64,000 bases of DNA, from positions 62,001-126,000 of IMG/VR virus record IMGVR_UViG_3300027793_000052; one strand, written 5' to 3'. Position 1 is the stretch's first letter; every line of letters begins with the position of its first letter. Shown here piece after piece: positions 1-9,376 of this stretch. Below the pieces are notes generated by a model that made no database searches, had not been told where the DNA came from, and saw nothing but the letters and a program-made list of their open reading frames with translations. The position numbers and the translations under genes are program-made.

Positions 1-99
1 TTAATTCAAAAAATATTAGGTCATTATTCAGTTAAAACTACAGAAATATATACACATGTCTCAAATCAATTATTGTCAAAGGTAAATCTTCCTATTTAA

Positions 100-131
100 T
101 TTTGCCACCAAATAGATAATCACTATATTTG
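100..131 (+). promoter_or_regulatory. Bacteroidota-type (early) promoter
   Basis: TTTGCCA followed by TATATTTG (124-131), just upstream of the ATG at 136; matches the TAnnTTTG -7 consensus. Confidence 0.6.
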
Positions 132-135
132 TTAT

Positions 136-384
136 ATGAAAAATACATTATTAGTTTTATTAGGTTTATTTCTGATGTCAACCACGGTTGTGACTGTAAA
201 TAAAATGTCAGACAGAAGTAAGGAACAAAAGGTTATTCTAGGAAGAAATCTTAACCAATTAAAGGTTGAAATACAAGATAACTTTAAATTAGGTTATCGT
301 GTTGTGGCTATGGTTAATCAAAACCAAGACACTTATAGCAATTCATCACCAAACGATGAGATAATGGTTGTAATGGAAAAATAA
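136..384 (+). CDS. hypothetical protein with N-terminal signal/TM segment
   Basis: ORF, hydrophobic N-terminus, promoter upstream. Confidence 0.7.
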   Translation: MKNTLLVLLGLFLMSTTVVTVNKMSDRSKEQKVILGRNLNQLKVEIQDNFKLGYRVVAMVNQNQDTYSNSSPNDEIMVVMEK

Positions 385-389
385 TTATC

Positions 390-701
390 ATGTCAACAAA
401 ATTCAAATTCAATAACGGTAATATGGCATTAGTATGTTCTTCTTGTGGGAGGATACTAAAAACAGGCGGTGAGTTTACAGAACAAGAATGGAGGTGTTTA
501 AACGGTGAGGTAGATTTAGGTGATAAGTATTGTTCTGATTGTGAAGATAATGTTAAACCTGAAGATAAAACTGGTGATAACATGATGTCAAATTTAGAAC
601 ATATAAAAAATATTTTACCACATATTAGGAATGATGAAAATTTTCAGTTAAATTTGTTAAATAGTTTAATGAAAAAAATCAAAAATGATAAACAATCGTA
701 A
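390..701 (+). CDS. hypothetical Zn-finger protein
   Basis: CSSC and CSDC pairs. Confidence 0.65.
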   Translation: MSTKFKFNNGNMALVCSSCGRILKTGGEFTEQEWRCLNGEVDLGDKYCSDCEDNVKPEDKTGDNMMSNLEHIKNILPHIRNDENFQLNLLNSLMKKIKNDKQS

Positions 702-1098
702 ATTTAAAACAAACTTATTAATAACAATTTTTAATTTCTTATTTGGAATAAGTTTGTTTGGTCAAAATAGTTATGTTGTACTAAAATATAGTAATATTAA
801 AATAGTAACTCCTACCGATACAACAATACACAAGATACAAAATTATTTTTATTTTAACGAATGTTCTTTTGTTATATCTTCACAATCAACAAGGGTTTAT
901 GATATTCTAATACCTTCTGTAAATGAATTTGATGTTACAGGTGTTAGGGTATTACAAGATACTGGTGTGAAGTTGGAGGATGGTGGTGTGATTTATGAGG
1001 CACCAATGCATAAGAGACAAGTTGCAGTTTATTTTAGTGAAGGTTTAACCGAATTAAAAATAATGAGAAAAGATAAAACAGGTGTTATATTTTATTAA
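685..1098 (+). CDS. hypothetical secreted protein
   Basis: signal-peptide-like N-terminus; tight gene packing. Confidence 0.6.
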   Translation: MINNRKFKTNLLITIFNFLFGISLFGQNSYVVLKYSNIKIVTPTDTTIHKIQNYFYFNECSFVISSQSTRVYDILIPSVNEFDVTGVRVLQDTGVKLEDGGVIYEAPMHKRQVAVYFSEGLTELKIMRKDKTGVIFY

Positions 1099-1100
1099 TT

Positions 1101-1370
1101 ATGACGTTAGAGGCACAATACAAAGAATTTAAAACAAAAAACCCAGATTCTGCTTTGACATTTGAAGAATGGTATGAAAGTAAGTTTTACAGGATTAATG
1201 AATTAATTGTTGAAAAATTAAAAGAGAAAAAACATGGTTTTAACATAGAACATATGTATCATTTTTTTTGTGGTGATTGTAAAGAATTATGGTCATTAAG
1301 TGAGTATAAACCAAGTAAAGATAAAATGTTAACTTGTCCACATTGTGGGTTTAAATCAAATATTATTTAA
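1101..1370 (+). CDS. hypothetical protein, C-terminal Zn ribbon
   Basis: CGDC and CPHC pairs. Confidence 0.65.
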   Translation: MTLEAQYKEFKTKNPDSALTFEEWYESKFYRINELIVEKLKEKKHGFNIEHMYHFFCGDCKELWSLSEYKPSKDKMLTCPHCGFKSNII

Positions 1371-1374
1371 ATTT

Positions 1375-1530
1375 ATGAAAGAAGTTATTGGAAAATCAAA
1401 GGTTAGTACTGCCTTAATATTAATGGGACCTATAGCTAAGGGATATAATCTTAGACTTAATCGTGTCAAAGAATTTAAAAAGGTACGTGAAATTGTGGAA
1501 AGTAAGTATAAAATCATAAAATGGAATTAA
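1375..1530 (+). CDS. small hypothetical protein
   Basis: start re-assigned to ATG 1375 (MKEVIG) after the upstream stop. Confidence 0.5.
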   Translation: MKEVIGKSKVSTALILMGPIAKGYNLRLNRVKEFKKVREIVESKYKIIKWN

Positions 1531-1808
1531 AAAAGAATATATTACCTATAATTTTTAAGACCAAAGTTGGTGAGTTATACAAACCAATAGATAATTCTTG
1601 GGCTTATTGTTTAGATGATGGTTATAATCACTTTTTGGCCGGTACAGGATTTCCTAATGATGAACCACCACAAACTGTTATTATAGTTAAAGGTCCTTAT
1701 TATTTAAAAAAGAAATGGATAGGCGATGTAATTTATGATTTAAAATTTGTTACAGTTAAATGTCAAAAAGGATTATTACACGAAGTATTATATCATGGAG
1801 AAGATTAG
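1521..1808 (+). CDS. hypothetical protein
   Basis: ORF overlapping both neighbours, operon-like. Confidence 0.6.
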   Translation: MELKKNILPIIFKTKVGELYKPIDNSWAYCLDDGYNHFLAGTGFPNDEPPQTVIIVKGPYYLKKKWIGDVIYDLKFVTVKCQKGLLHEVLYHGED

Positions 1809-2073
1809 AAAAGGTGATTATGTTTTTATCACAGACGGACAAACTTGGATATCAAAAAACTTATTCGATAGAAAATTTTTATGTATGAAACCCAATAAGT
1901 TTTATAGGGTTCTAGGTTTGAATGATAAATCTGTTTTTTTAACTTGTGAACCAAATGCGGGTAAATTCACTAGAATTAAACTAGAAAGTCCAATACTTGA
2001 AAAATTAACGTTTATTGGAGAAGAAGATTTTAAAGAAATTGAGAATTTAGATTTTTTTGAGTATGCGTTATAA
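1795..2073 (+). CDS. hypothetical KOW/SH3-like protein
   Basis: start re-assigned to ATG 1795 (MEKIRKGDYVFI). Confidence 0.55.
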   Translation: MEKIRKGDYVFITDGQTWISKNLFDRKFLCMKPNKFYRVLGLNDKSVFLTCEPNAGKFTRIKLESPILEKLTFIGEEDFKEIENLDFFEYAL

Positions 2074-2081
2074 GTCACAAA

Positions 2082-2636
2082 ATGAAATTTATATTAACCC
2101 TTATATTATCAGTAATAACCTTTATTGGTGTTTGTCAAACAAGGGTAACAGCCGTTATAATTAATGGTGATACCTTACCCTATGTTAAATTAAAACCTTT
2201 TATAATAAAGGAAAAGGGTAATTGGGGTGTATTTGTTTCTTGGGAACGTAGTCGTTTAGAAAAAAAAGTTAGAAAAGTTTTACCTTTGGTCAAGGTGCTA
2301 TCCCGAGAACTTAATAACAGAAAAGAAAACCTAAATTCTACAAATCCAATTATACGTAAAAAAGAACTTCATGAGATGGAAGTTTATTTAAAAAGTAATT
2401 ATGGTAAGACAATAAAAGATTTAACCATAAGTGAAGGTAAGGTATTATTAAAACTTATTCATAGAGAAAATGGTATGTCACCTTATGAAATTTTAAAAAT
2501 GTTAAAGGGTGAAAGAAAAGCAGAATTTTGGGATGGATTTGCAGGACTATTTGGCACAGATTTGGAATCCAAATGGGATCCTGAAGGTGAAGATAAAATG
2601 TTAAATCAAATTGTTATCAAAATAGAAAATGATTAA
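2082..2636 (+). CDS. DUF4294-family protein (Bacteroidota)
   Basis: signal peptide; GDTLPYVKL, LTISEGKVLLKLIHRE and FAGLFG..L...WDPEGED motifs. Confidence 0.75.
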   Translation: MKFILTLILSVITFIGVCQTRVTAVIINGDTLPYVKLKPFIIKEKGNWGVFVSWERSRLEKKVRKVLPLVKVLSRELNNRKENLNSTNPIIRKKELHEMEVYLKSNYGKTIKDLTISEGKVLLKLIHRENGMSPYEILKMLKGERKAEFWDGFAGLFGTDLESKWDPEGEDKMLNQIVIKIEND

Positions 2637-2859
2637 TTGGATAAAGCCCCAAGACAGATGGATAGAAGGTTATTATAACTCTATTAGACTTTATATACAT
2701 TTAACCAAAGAACAAAAAGTTGATGGTTTATATTTCATTGAAGGTAACCATAAAGAAAAGGTGGTACCTGAAGATGAACATGAGGCAGATATAGATTTTA
2801 TGAAATTGATGGCTGAATATATTATAAAAGAAAAATACATTAACAAATATGGAAATTAA
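2629..2859 (+). CDS. hypothetical protein
   Basis: ORF in operon. Confidence 0.6.
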   Translation: MINWIKPQDRWIEGYYNSIRLYIHLTKEQKVDGLYFIEGNHKEKVVPEDEHEADIDFMKLMAEYIIKEKYINKYGN

Positions 2860-3028
2860 TTTAAGAGGTAATTTTAACAACAAGGTAGTTGAAATTATGG
2901 ACATGGAATTTGGTAGGTTGGAGACAATTAAGTTACCCGTTATAACCAAGTTTAAAATTAAGGATGGTGCTGATGAAAAATGGGTTGACGCAAGTCTGGT
3001 TGTGATGTTGGAAAGGACTTTCAAATAA
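2849..3028 (+). CDS. small hypothetical protein (59 aa, not in track)
   Basis: ATG 2849 to TAA 3028, MEINLRGNF...ERTFK; fills the gap on the operon strand. Confidence 0.55.
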   Translation: MEINLRGNFNNKVVEIMDMEFGRLETIKLPVITKFKIKDGADEKWVDASLVVMLERTFK

Positions 3029-3062
3029 TTAAATCTTCACAATTCTGTGATATTTATATTAT

Positions 3063-3728
3063 GTGAGAAATCTTATTAAATCTATTTTAAAAGAAGAATA
3101 CGAAAGGGAACCACAAGTTGGTGATAATTTGTTATGCCACACTGTTACACCTGCTTTTGAACCTTATTTAACAGTAAATAAAACATATAGAGTAATTGAT
3201 GTAACATATTTTGATAATAGATTAGAGGTTTTAGTTATAAAAGACGATACTGGTATAAATCGAATGTTTACAATAAAACCAGTAATGGGGCATTCTTATA
3301 AAACATGGTTCCATTTATTAGATGATATTGATGATGAATATTTTTTTGAAAATATGTCGGAATCTGAAGAGGGTGATTTTGATTGGGTGGGTGATATCAT
3401 TGAAAAATCCAACATGTGGGAAACATTACCAAGAAATGGAAATTATATATTGTTTTATTTTTATCCAAAAATATCTTCAGAACAATTTAAAAAATATGTA
3501 ATCCCAATTTTATTAGAACAAGACATTAGAATTGAAAGTTCTGCGTCACGTAGTGGTATGGATCATCTAGAAATACATCCTAGTACACGTATACAATATA
3601 ATAATAAACTTGTTGCCTTGTTTGGTGATGTTGAATATTTCGATAAAGATGAAGAGGGATTTATTAAACAGTTATCAGAAGACGGTTCAACACCTATAAA
3701 CGGTAGAGAATTTTTTAACATACCTTAA
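3063..3728 (+). CDS. leader-bearing two-module protein (putative head-internal protein)
   Basis: GATATTTATA upstream; MRNLIKSILKEE leader; internal FFENMSE-SEEGDFDWVGDII linker. Confidence 0.7.
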   Translation: MRNLIKSILKEEYEREPQVGDNLLCHTVTPAFEPYLTVNKTYRVIDVTYFDNRLEVLVIKDDTGINRMFTIKPVMGHSYKTWFHLLDDIDDEYFFENMSESEEGDFDWVGDIIEKSNMWETLPRNGNYILFYFYPKISSEQFKKYVIPILLEQDIRIESSASRSGMDHLEIHPSTRIQYNNKLVALFGDVEYFDKDEEGFIKQLSEDGSTPINGREFFNIP

Positions 3729-3746
3729 ACAAATCTTTTAAAAACT

Positions 3747-3790
3747 AAAAACCCCCAATCTAATATTACATAGATGTGGGGGTTTTGTTT
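3747..3790. terminator. intrinsic terminator, probably bidirectional
   Basis: AAAAACCCCCAATCTA...TAGATGTGGGGGTTTT hairpin. Confidence 0.7.
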
Positions 3791-4010
3791 GCCGATAGAT
3801 TTATTCACATGAAAGGGAACCTTTGTTGACACCGTAAGGTAGGTGTGACAAGAGGGTTTTATCGATGTTATAATCGAGATCGGTCTTGTTTGTGTTTATA
3901 ACACGTGTTAAGGGAATCGGTGGCTTTTGGGTTAAGGTGCCGTGATCGTTGATTCCCGTGTGGATGATCAGTCCACTGATTAAACCTTGTGAGAGTGTGA
4001 AAGTTCTCCA
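3791..4010. ncRNA. candidate structured ncRNA A
   Basis: no ORF; ~43% GC; hairpins ACACC/GGTGT, GGGAATC/GATTCCC, GTGGA/TCCAC, TCGAT/ATCGA. Confidence 0.4.
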
Positions 4011-4049
4011 ATTTTTTTATTTTAACTATTGTGAAGTTTAATAAAAATA

Positions 4050-4305
4050 CTATGACCCGTTAAAAAAAGAACAACATCTTTGAACACCACGATTGCTTTT
4101 ACTTTCCCTGTTTTTAGAGAGGTTTCAGCCTGTGTCAGTCAATTATCGGTTTCACGATGGTTCAGGACTTAGCTTCCTCTGTGGTAAACATTTACAGTTT
4201 TTATGGTGTTACAGTTTTTATTTATGAGTGGTGTCATGTCGGATGGTCGTGTTACTCTTTACTCGGGAGATTTAGGACCTTTACTTTCCACTCATTCACT
4301 TCTTC
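4050..4305 (-). ncRNA. candidate structured ncRNA B
   Basis: no ORF; minus-strand TAACTTTG promoter at 4305-4312; inverted repeats 4224-4231/4288-4295, 4083-4089/4204-4210, 4118-4122/4176-4180. Confidence 0.45.
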
Positions 4306-4438
4306 AAAGTTAAACATTCTTTTTTAAACTATCAAGAGGTTTTTAAAAATTATTTTTTTTATTTTCCCCTTACCGTTATCAGGTTGTTTAACTTAACACA
4401 ACAAAGATATGTAATTTATTTCATACCGTCAACAAAAT
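4305..4438 (-). promoter_or_regulatory. two tandem minus-strand Bacteroidota-type promoters
   Basis: CAAAGTTA (4305-4312) and CAAAGATA (4402-4409) read TAnnTTTG on the minus strand; no ORF downstream. Confidence 0.5.
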
Positions 4439-4529
4439 CTTTGTTTTTTTTTTATTGTTGTGTTTTTATGTCAAATAACTTGTACAAATATATAAACAAT
4501 TTTTAACATAGACAAGATATTTATTGTAA

Positions 4530-5948
4530 ATGGAAAAAGAAATTTTAGATTTTATCTTTCAAAGTGGTGGTATTGGTTTACAGTTCTACAATCCTGAAGA
4601 ATATAATAATGAAGGTATTGTTTATACTATTATAGATTCTGATGAAAAGTATATTGATTTACAGTGGGAAGACGATGAAGAAATTTACTATAATAGTGAA
4701 CCTTGGCACGTTTTTTTATCACATTTAGAGAGTGGTTTTTATGTTATTAAAAATATGGATTTCTTATGCCAAACTATGGGTGTTGATTTAGATATTGATG
4801 ACGTTTTTGGTTCCTTAAATGAAAATGAATCGTCACATATAGTCGGTAATATAGAAAGATTATTACAAGAATGGAATTGGGTTGTGATGCCTGTGTCAGA
4901 CATCACAGAAGAACAGTTCCAAGAATTACAATTATATCTATACTCAAAAGGTATATATTGGCAAAGTGGTGGTGATGATGTTAGAAGTATGCCACCTGAT
5001 TTGGGTTGGATATATATCGGAAGATACCCGTATTATAATGGTAGGCCACCACATGCACAAAGAGCAACCATAGGTTGGACATTTTACCAAGATGGTATAT
5101 GGAGACCAGAAGAGGATCCAAGTTACGCTGAAGACTATAGATTATGGAATCCTAAATATAAAATAGTTAGTTATTACGATATTATTTTAGACGATGATGA
5201 TTTAGATATGGATGATGTTTTTGGTTCCTTGAATGAAGGAACTTATCAACCTATTTTAAATTTGAGGTTTGACCCACCATTGAGAAATGAATGGGAGTTA
5301 CTTGAAGTAATGAAAGTAATTCAAAGAAATTACGACGATGTCACTTGGCGGTCAGGAGGTATACCAACTAATTTACCTTATTTGGATCAGATATGGGAAG
5401 ATCCTTCAGAGGGTATTTGGTATATAACAATTGGTTTTTTTAAATCAAATCCGAAGAATATAACTTACACATCCGGTGATATAGATGACCCGTCTATATC
5501 AGATGAGGAACATCATATGTATAAACATTTAAATGGAAGAGAATGGGTTAGAAGTCACGACTTTGATGCGGATGAAACTAGTGATATGTTTGGTCCTTTA
5601 ATTGAGACGAATGAATTTGATTGGGTTGGTGATATAATTGATGATGATGCTAATAGATTTTCAAAAATACCAAGTTATAATCATGAAAGATATATATTAC
5701 GTTTTTCACAACCTATGCTTGCTAGTGATGTTATGGATTTATTAAAGTTTTTAAAAGAAATTGGTTGGGATGTTGGTGACAATATTGTGCGTGATTATAA
5801 TTTTGATGATTTAGTTGAATACTCTTCAAATGGAACTGGTTATATACATTTGAGGCCTAATGGTAAAGTTACTTATGCCGATGATGTTAAATTATTTTCA
5901 GATTATACCGACATTAAACTTGATACTGTCAGACAAATATGGGTATAG
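4530..5948 (+). CDS. four-module acidic protein (putative polyprotein)
   Basis: ATATTTAT upstream; linkers LDIDDVFGSLNE, LDMDDVFGSLNE, FDADETSDMFGPLIE. Confidence 0.75.
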   Translation: MEKEILDFIFQSGGIGLQFYNPEEYNNEGIVYTIIDSDEKYIDLQWEDDEEIYYNSEPWHVFLSHLESGFYVIKNMDFLCQTMGVDLDIDDVFGSLNENESSHIVGNIERLLQEWNWVVMPVSDITEEQFQELQLYLYSKGIYWQSGGDDVRSMPPDLGWIYIGRYPYYNGRPPHAQRATIGWTFYQDGIWRPEEDPSYAEDYRLWNPKYKIVSYYDIILDDDDLDMDDVFGSLNEGTYQPILNLRFDPPLRNEWELLEVMKVIQRNYDDVTWRSGGIPTNLPYLDQIWEDPSEGIWYITIGFFKSNPKNITYTSGDIDDPSISDEEHHMYKHLNGREWVRSHDFDADETSDMFGPLIETNEFDWVGDIIDDDANRFSKIPSYNHERYILRFSQPMLASDVMDLLKFLKEIGWDVGDNIVRDYNFDDLVEYSSNGTGYIHLRPNGKVTYADDVKLFSDYTDIKLDTVRQIWV

Positions 5949-5969
5949 ATAATTAAAATTTTTTTTATC

Positions 5970-5997
5970 AAAATCCCTCCAGTGTGAGGGATTTTTT
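5970..5997 (+). terminator. intrinsic terminator
   Basis: AAAATCCCTC-CAGTGT-GAGGGATTTTTT. Confidence 0.75.
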
Positions 5998-6010
5998 GTA
6001 TATTTGTTTT

Positions 6011-6292
6011 ATGGAAACTAAATCATATAAAGTTGGTGGTTATCTTTATTGTATCAAACCTGTTATAATGAAAAACGGTAAACTACAAGGTAAAGCTGTG
6101 ACCAAAGTTGGTAAACACTATAAGATATTAGATGTAACGAAAAAAAGGTTTTACATAAGGGATGATAATAAACAATGTCATTCATTTGATTTTGATGGTT
6201 ATAGGGAATGGTTTATACATACCGAAAAAATGATTAGAGGTGTTAATAAAATTGTTGATGAAATTATCGACAACGATGTTTTTTGGGAATAA
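6011..6292 (+). CDS. hypothetical SH3-like protein
   Basis: start re-assigned to ATG 6011 after TATATTTG; similar to modules in 3063 and 25499. Confidence 0.6.
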   Translation: METKSYKVGGYLYCIKPVIMKNGKLQGKAVTKVGKHYKILDVTKKRFYIRDDNKQCHSFDFDGYREWFIHTEKMIRGVNKIVDEIIDNDVFWE

Positions 6293-6315
6293 ATTTATTA
6301 TATTATATATAAAAA

Positions 6316-6510
6316 ATGGAAAATAACGAAAAAAATATAGGTTGGTCTAAAGATAAAGCTGAAAAATCTAAACAAGAATTACTAACTGAATTAAAAAAAG
6401 AATACGGTATCTCAGATGATAATTTAACTTGGGTGGATAAAATGTTGACTGAAATAATTCAAGAACAGGATGATAAGTTAAAACAAAATAAAAATGAGAA
6501 AAAGAGGTAG
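6316..6510 (+). CDS. hypothetical protein
   Basis: ORF. Confidence 0.55.
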   Translation: MENNEKNIGWSKDKAEKSKQELLTELKKEYGISDDNLTWVDKMLTEIIQEQDDKLKQNKNEKKR

Positions 6511-6766
6511 GACAATGTATGTATCACAAGATGTTGATGTGGAAATCTATTTTGATGATATCAGGAATTACGTAAATGACTACGCATCTGAGGATGAGTT
6601 AAAAATATTGGCCAAAGATTTGGAAAAAAATTATTTGGGACAACGTAATGTTGAGGTAAAAACCTTAGAAGATGAATTTAAATTAGAATTACTAATGTTA
6701 GCTTTTAACAAGTACTCATTATCAGAAATAGAAAATAAATTGGGTACAAAATTTGATTTAAGTTAA
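6494..6766 (+). CDS. hypothetical protein
   Basis: ORF in operon. Confidence 0.6.
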   Translation: MRKRGRTMYVSQDVDVEIYFDDIRNYVNDYASEDELKILAKDLEKNYLGQRNVEVKTLEDEFKLELLMLAFNKYSLSEIENKLGTKFDLS

Positions 6767-6770
6767 AATT

Positions 6771-7025
6771 ATGAAATTCGAAATAGGTGACAGAGTTAAG
6801 AAAAAGAACGGTGGCTTATTTTACTGCACACAAGAAGAATGTGGTACCATTGTAGGGTTTAGTGACCATGGTTCGGATCCTTGGGTCCACATAAAAGGTG
6901 AATATTATATGATAGATGGAATTAAGCAGATAAACCACCACAATCCTAGATTTTTGGTGAAAGTTGAAAAAATAAATTTTTGTGAAAAAAATATTAAAAA
7001 AATAAAAATTACCTCATGTGATTAG
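6771..7025 (+). CDS. small KOW-like protein with basic C-tail
   Basis: MKFEIGDRVKK...NIKKIKITSCD. Confidence 0.6.
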   Translation: MKFEIGDRVKKKNGGLFYCTQEECGTIVGFSDHGSDPWVHIKGEYYMIDGIKQINHHNPRFLVKVEKINFCEKNIKKIKITSCD

Positions 7026-7052
7026 AGGATTATCGGAAATGGATATAAATAT

Positions 7053-7325
7053 ATGAAAAAACATTTAAAAGAATGGTTTGATTTATTTTGGATATGGGGA
7101 CCAATGTTATTAATAATATTGGTTCTATATGGTAACATGTATTATACATCACATTATTGTAAAGAATACACATATAAGTCAATTTGTAGAGAGTGTGCTG
7201 AATGGAAGACTACAGATAATGGTCACACAGGTAGGTATAGGAGAGAGTGGACGGAATGTGTTCGTTGGGTTGATTACGAATGTGAGTTAACAGATGATTC
7301 TTGTGGGTGTGTTAAATTAAAGTAA
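7053..7325 (+). CDS. membrane-anchored Cys-rich protein
   Basis: one TM helix followed by 7 Cys. Confidence 0.6.
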   Translation: MKKHLKEWFDLFWIWGPMLLIILVLYGNMYYTSHYCKEYTYKSICRECAEWKTTDNGHTGRYRREWTECVRWVDYECELTDDSCGCVKLK

Positions 7326-7487
7326 TTATTTATTATTATTTTTGTGGTAATTTATAATATCTTGTTTTACCATAGGTAATATACTTTTTAGTTTATCTGA
7401 CCAACTTTTTTCTCGTTCCTCTTTTGACGGTATGTTCAAATATCTACATTTTCTTTATCTTTGGTGTTATCTTTATTTTTTAACATG

Positions 7488-8111
7488 TCATTTAAGTTTT
7501 GGTAATATTGATAATAATCTTTCTTCCCATTTTTTATTAATTTCCTCGATAGGTGGGATGTCTAAGTACTCAGTTTCCGTTGTTTCATTTTCTTGGATAT
7601 TATCAACCAATTCCATTACCCAAAAATCAGTACCATCGGTATTTTTACCTTTTTTTGTTAGTTTATACATAAATTCATTTATAAATATTTTTGTAATTTC
7701 ATCATATCTAACTAAAGAGTTATTATCTAAAACTTCATGGGTCGTTCTAATAACTTTGTTAGGCTTAATATTTGTTAATAGTCTTCTAGTTAACCCCAAA
7801 ATTATAGATATAACCATTCTTTTATTTTTAATACTATTAGGTATATATCTACTAACCTCATCTCTTTTTAACATAAAACCTGTTATAGGTTTATTGTTAG
7901 TATCAACAACCATAAAACAATATGAATATTTACTGATATCGTTATTTATTTTTTCAAAACCAACGAATAAGTATAATTTATCCCCATTATTATCATCTTT
8001 AGATATTAATGTAGTAAACACACCTTCTTCCGGTGAATAGACATTAGATTCCCACTCATCTATTTTAGAAACCATTTCCTCAATTAATATCTTCTTAATT
8101 AAGTCTCTCAT
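7488..8111 (-). CDS. leader-bearing hypothetical protein
   Basis: MRDLIKKILIEE leader; ATATTTAT upstream on the minus strand. Confidence 0.7.
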   Translation of the reverse strand: MRDLIKKILIEEMVSKIDEWESNVYSPEEGVFTTLISKDDNNGDKLYLFVGFEKINNDISKYSYCFMVVDTNNKPITGFMLKRDEVSRYIPNSIKNKRMVISIILGLTRRLLTNIKPNKVIRTTHEVLDNNSLVRYDEITKIFINEFMYKLTKKGKNTDGTDFWVMELVDNIQENETTETEYLDIPPIEEINKKWEERLLSILPKLK

Positions 8112-8148
8112 GTTATTAAATATAAATTGATTTTATATTTTATAAATA

Positions 8149-8180
8149 TTATATTTGTATAATGAAAGGTACATTAAACT
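8149..8180 (+). repeat. 32-bp exact repeat (promoter plus gene start), copy 1; copy 2 at 11319-11350
   Basis: TTATATTTGTATAATGAAAGGTACATTAAACT present at both sites. Confidence 0.85.
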
Positions 8181-8191
8181 ATAATTAAAAT

Positions 8192-8674
8192 ATGAAAAAA
8201 ATAAAAATTTGGGCTTCGGCCTTAGCATCAATGTTGTTAATAACATCTTGTTCAGAAAATTATTCTAACGGTGAAAGAATTGGTTTGGTTACACAATTCT
8301 CCAAAAGTGGTATAATATGGAAATCATGGGAAGGTCATTTGAACATGACCCAAACTGGGATGAACTCTTCAACACCATTTGATTTTTCTATTGATAATGA
8401 CAATCAAGATGAAAATTTGGTAAAATCATTGGATAGTGCTGCTAATTACGGTTGGAAGGTTAAAATTGTTTATCATGAAACAGCTGGGTATAATTGGTTC
8501 AGAAATCGTGGTGAGACAAGTCATTTTGTGACCAAAATGGAAGTTTTAGATAGAAATCCTATCGCTACGGCATTTGGTAATAGCACGTCCCCTGAAAGTA
8601 AATCAGGTTGTAACTGTAAAACAACTGGTAAAGTAATTGACACAATTTATGTTGTGATTGATAAAACAAAATAA
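8192..8674 (+). CDS. conserved Bacteroidota-type lipoprotein
   Basis: lipobox ITSC; YSNGERIG...FSKSG..WKSWEG motif. Confidence 0.65.
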   Translation: MKKIKIWASALASMLLITSCSENYSNGERIGLVTQFSKSGIIWKSWEGHLNMTQTGMNSSTPFDFSIDNDNQDENLVKSLDSAANYGWKVKIVYHETAGYNWFRNRGETSHFVTKMEVLDRNPIATAFGNSTSPESKSGCNCKTTGKVIDTIYVVIDKTK

Positions 8675-8677
8675 AAC

Positions 8678-8791
8678 ATGAAAAAAATAACAATTTTGTC
8701 TTTATTAATTTGTCTATTGGCAAGTTCTTGTAAAAATTATTACTATCAACCATGTCCTGCATATGGAAAGGTTGAAACCAAAAAACCTTAA
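8678..8791 (+). CDS. small lipoprotein (37 aa, not in track)
   Basis: MKKITILSLLICLLASSC...QPCPAYGK. Confidence 0.55.
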   Translation: MKKITILSLLICLLASSCKNYYYQPCPAYGKVETKKP

Positions 8792-8833
8792 TTTTTACTT
8801 TTTATATTTAATTATTTTTCATATCATTAAAAT

Positions 8834-9376
8834 ATGAATATATTTGTTTTGGATAAGGACGTTAAAAAATGTGCTGAATATCACTGTGACAAACATTTGG
8901 TAAAAATGATTACAGAACACAATCAAATATTAGGTACAATATCTTATATCCGACGAGGTATAAAAAATAAAAAAGAAATTACAGAAGATTTTATATATAA
9001 AAATTTTCAAGGGTTTCCAAGGCAAAAAGATGATAAACCTTTTCCATATGGAATTGGTTTTGTTAACCATCCATGTACAAAATGGGTTAATACATCATCA
9101 AGTAATTATAAATGGTTGACGGAATTAACTCATGAGATGTGTAAAGAATACACCAAAAGATACGGTAGGAAACATGCTGGTGAGGATATTAATTTTTGGT
9201 ACCGTGACAACATGCCAGAAATACCTGATATTGGTTTGACACAGTTTTCACAGGCAATGCCTGACGATTGTAAAATGTCAGACCCAATAGAAGGTTATAG
9301 AAATTATTATAAAAAATATAAAGTAAGATTTGCCAAATGGCAACATGGTCAAACACCAAAATGGTACCTAGTATGA
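8834..9376 (+). CDS. pyrimidine dimer DNA glycosylase / endonuclease V-like protein
   Basis: MNIFVLD...HCDKHLVKM..E..Q, NHPC..W, F.QAMP, YRNYY. Confidence 0.8.
   Translation: MNIFVLDKDVKKCAEYHCDKHLVKMITEHNQILGTISYIRRGIKNKKEITEDFIYKNFQGFPRQKDDKPFPYGIGFVNHPCTKWVNTSSSNYKWLTELTHEMCKEYTKRYGRKHAGEDINFWYRDNMPEIPDIGLTQFSQAMPDDCKMSDPIEGYRNYYKKYKVRFAKWQHGQTPKWYLV

Noticed and set aside
7432-8040. 202-aa plus-strand hydrophobic ORF and similar antisense ORFs (e.g. 314, 2728, 9189, 13313-13992, 30204, 31365, 33005, 44692, 47773, 51317, 57434, 60024)
   Set aside because: Shadow ORFs opposite or overlapping better-supported genes that have promoters and motifs
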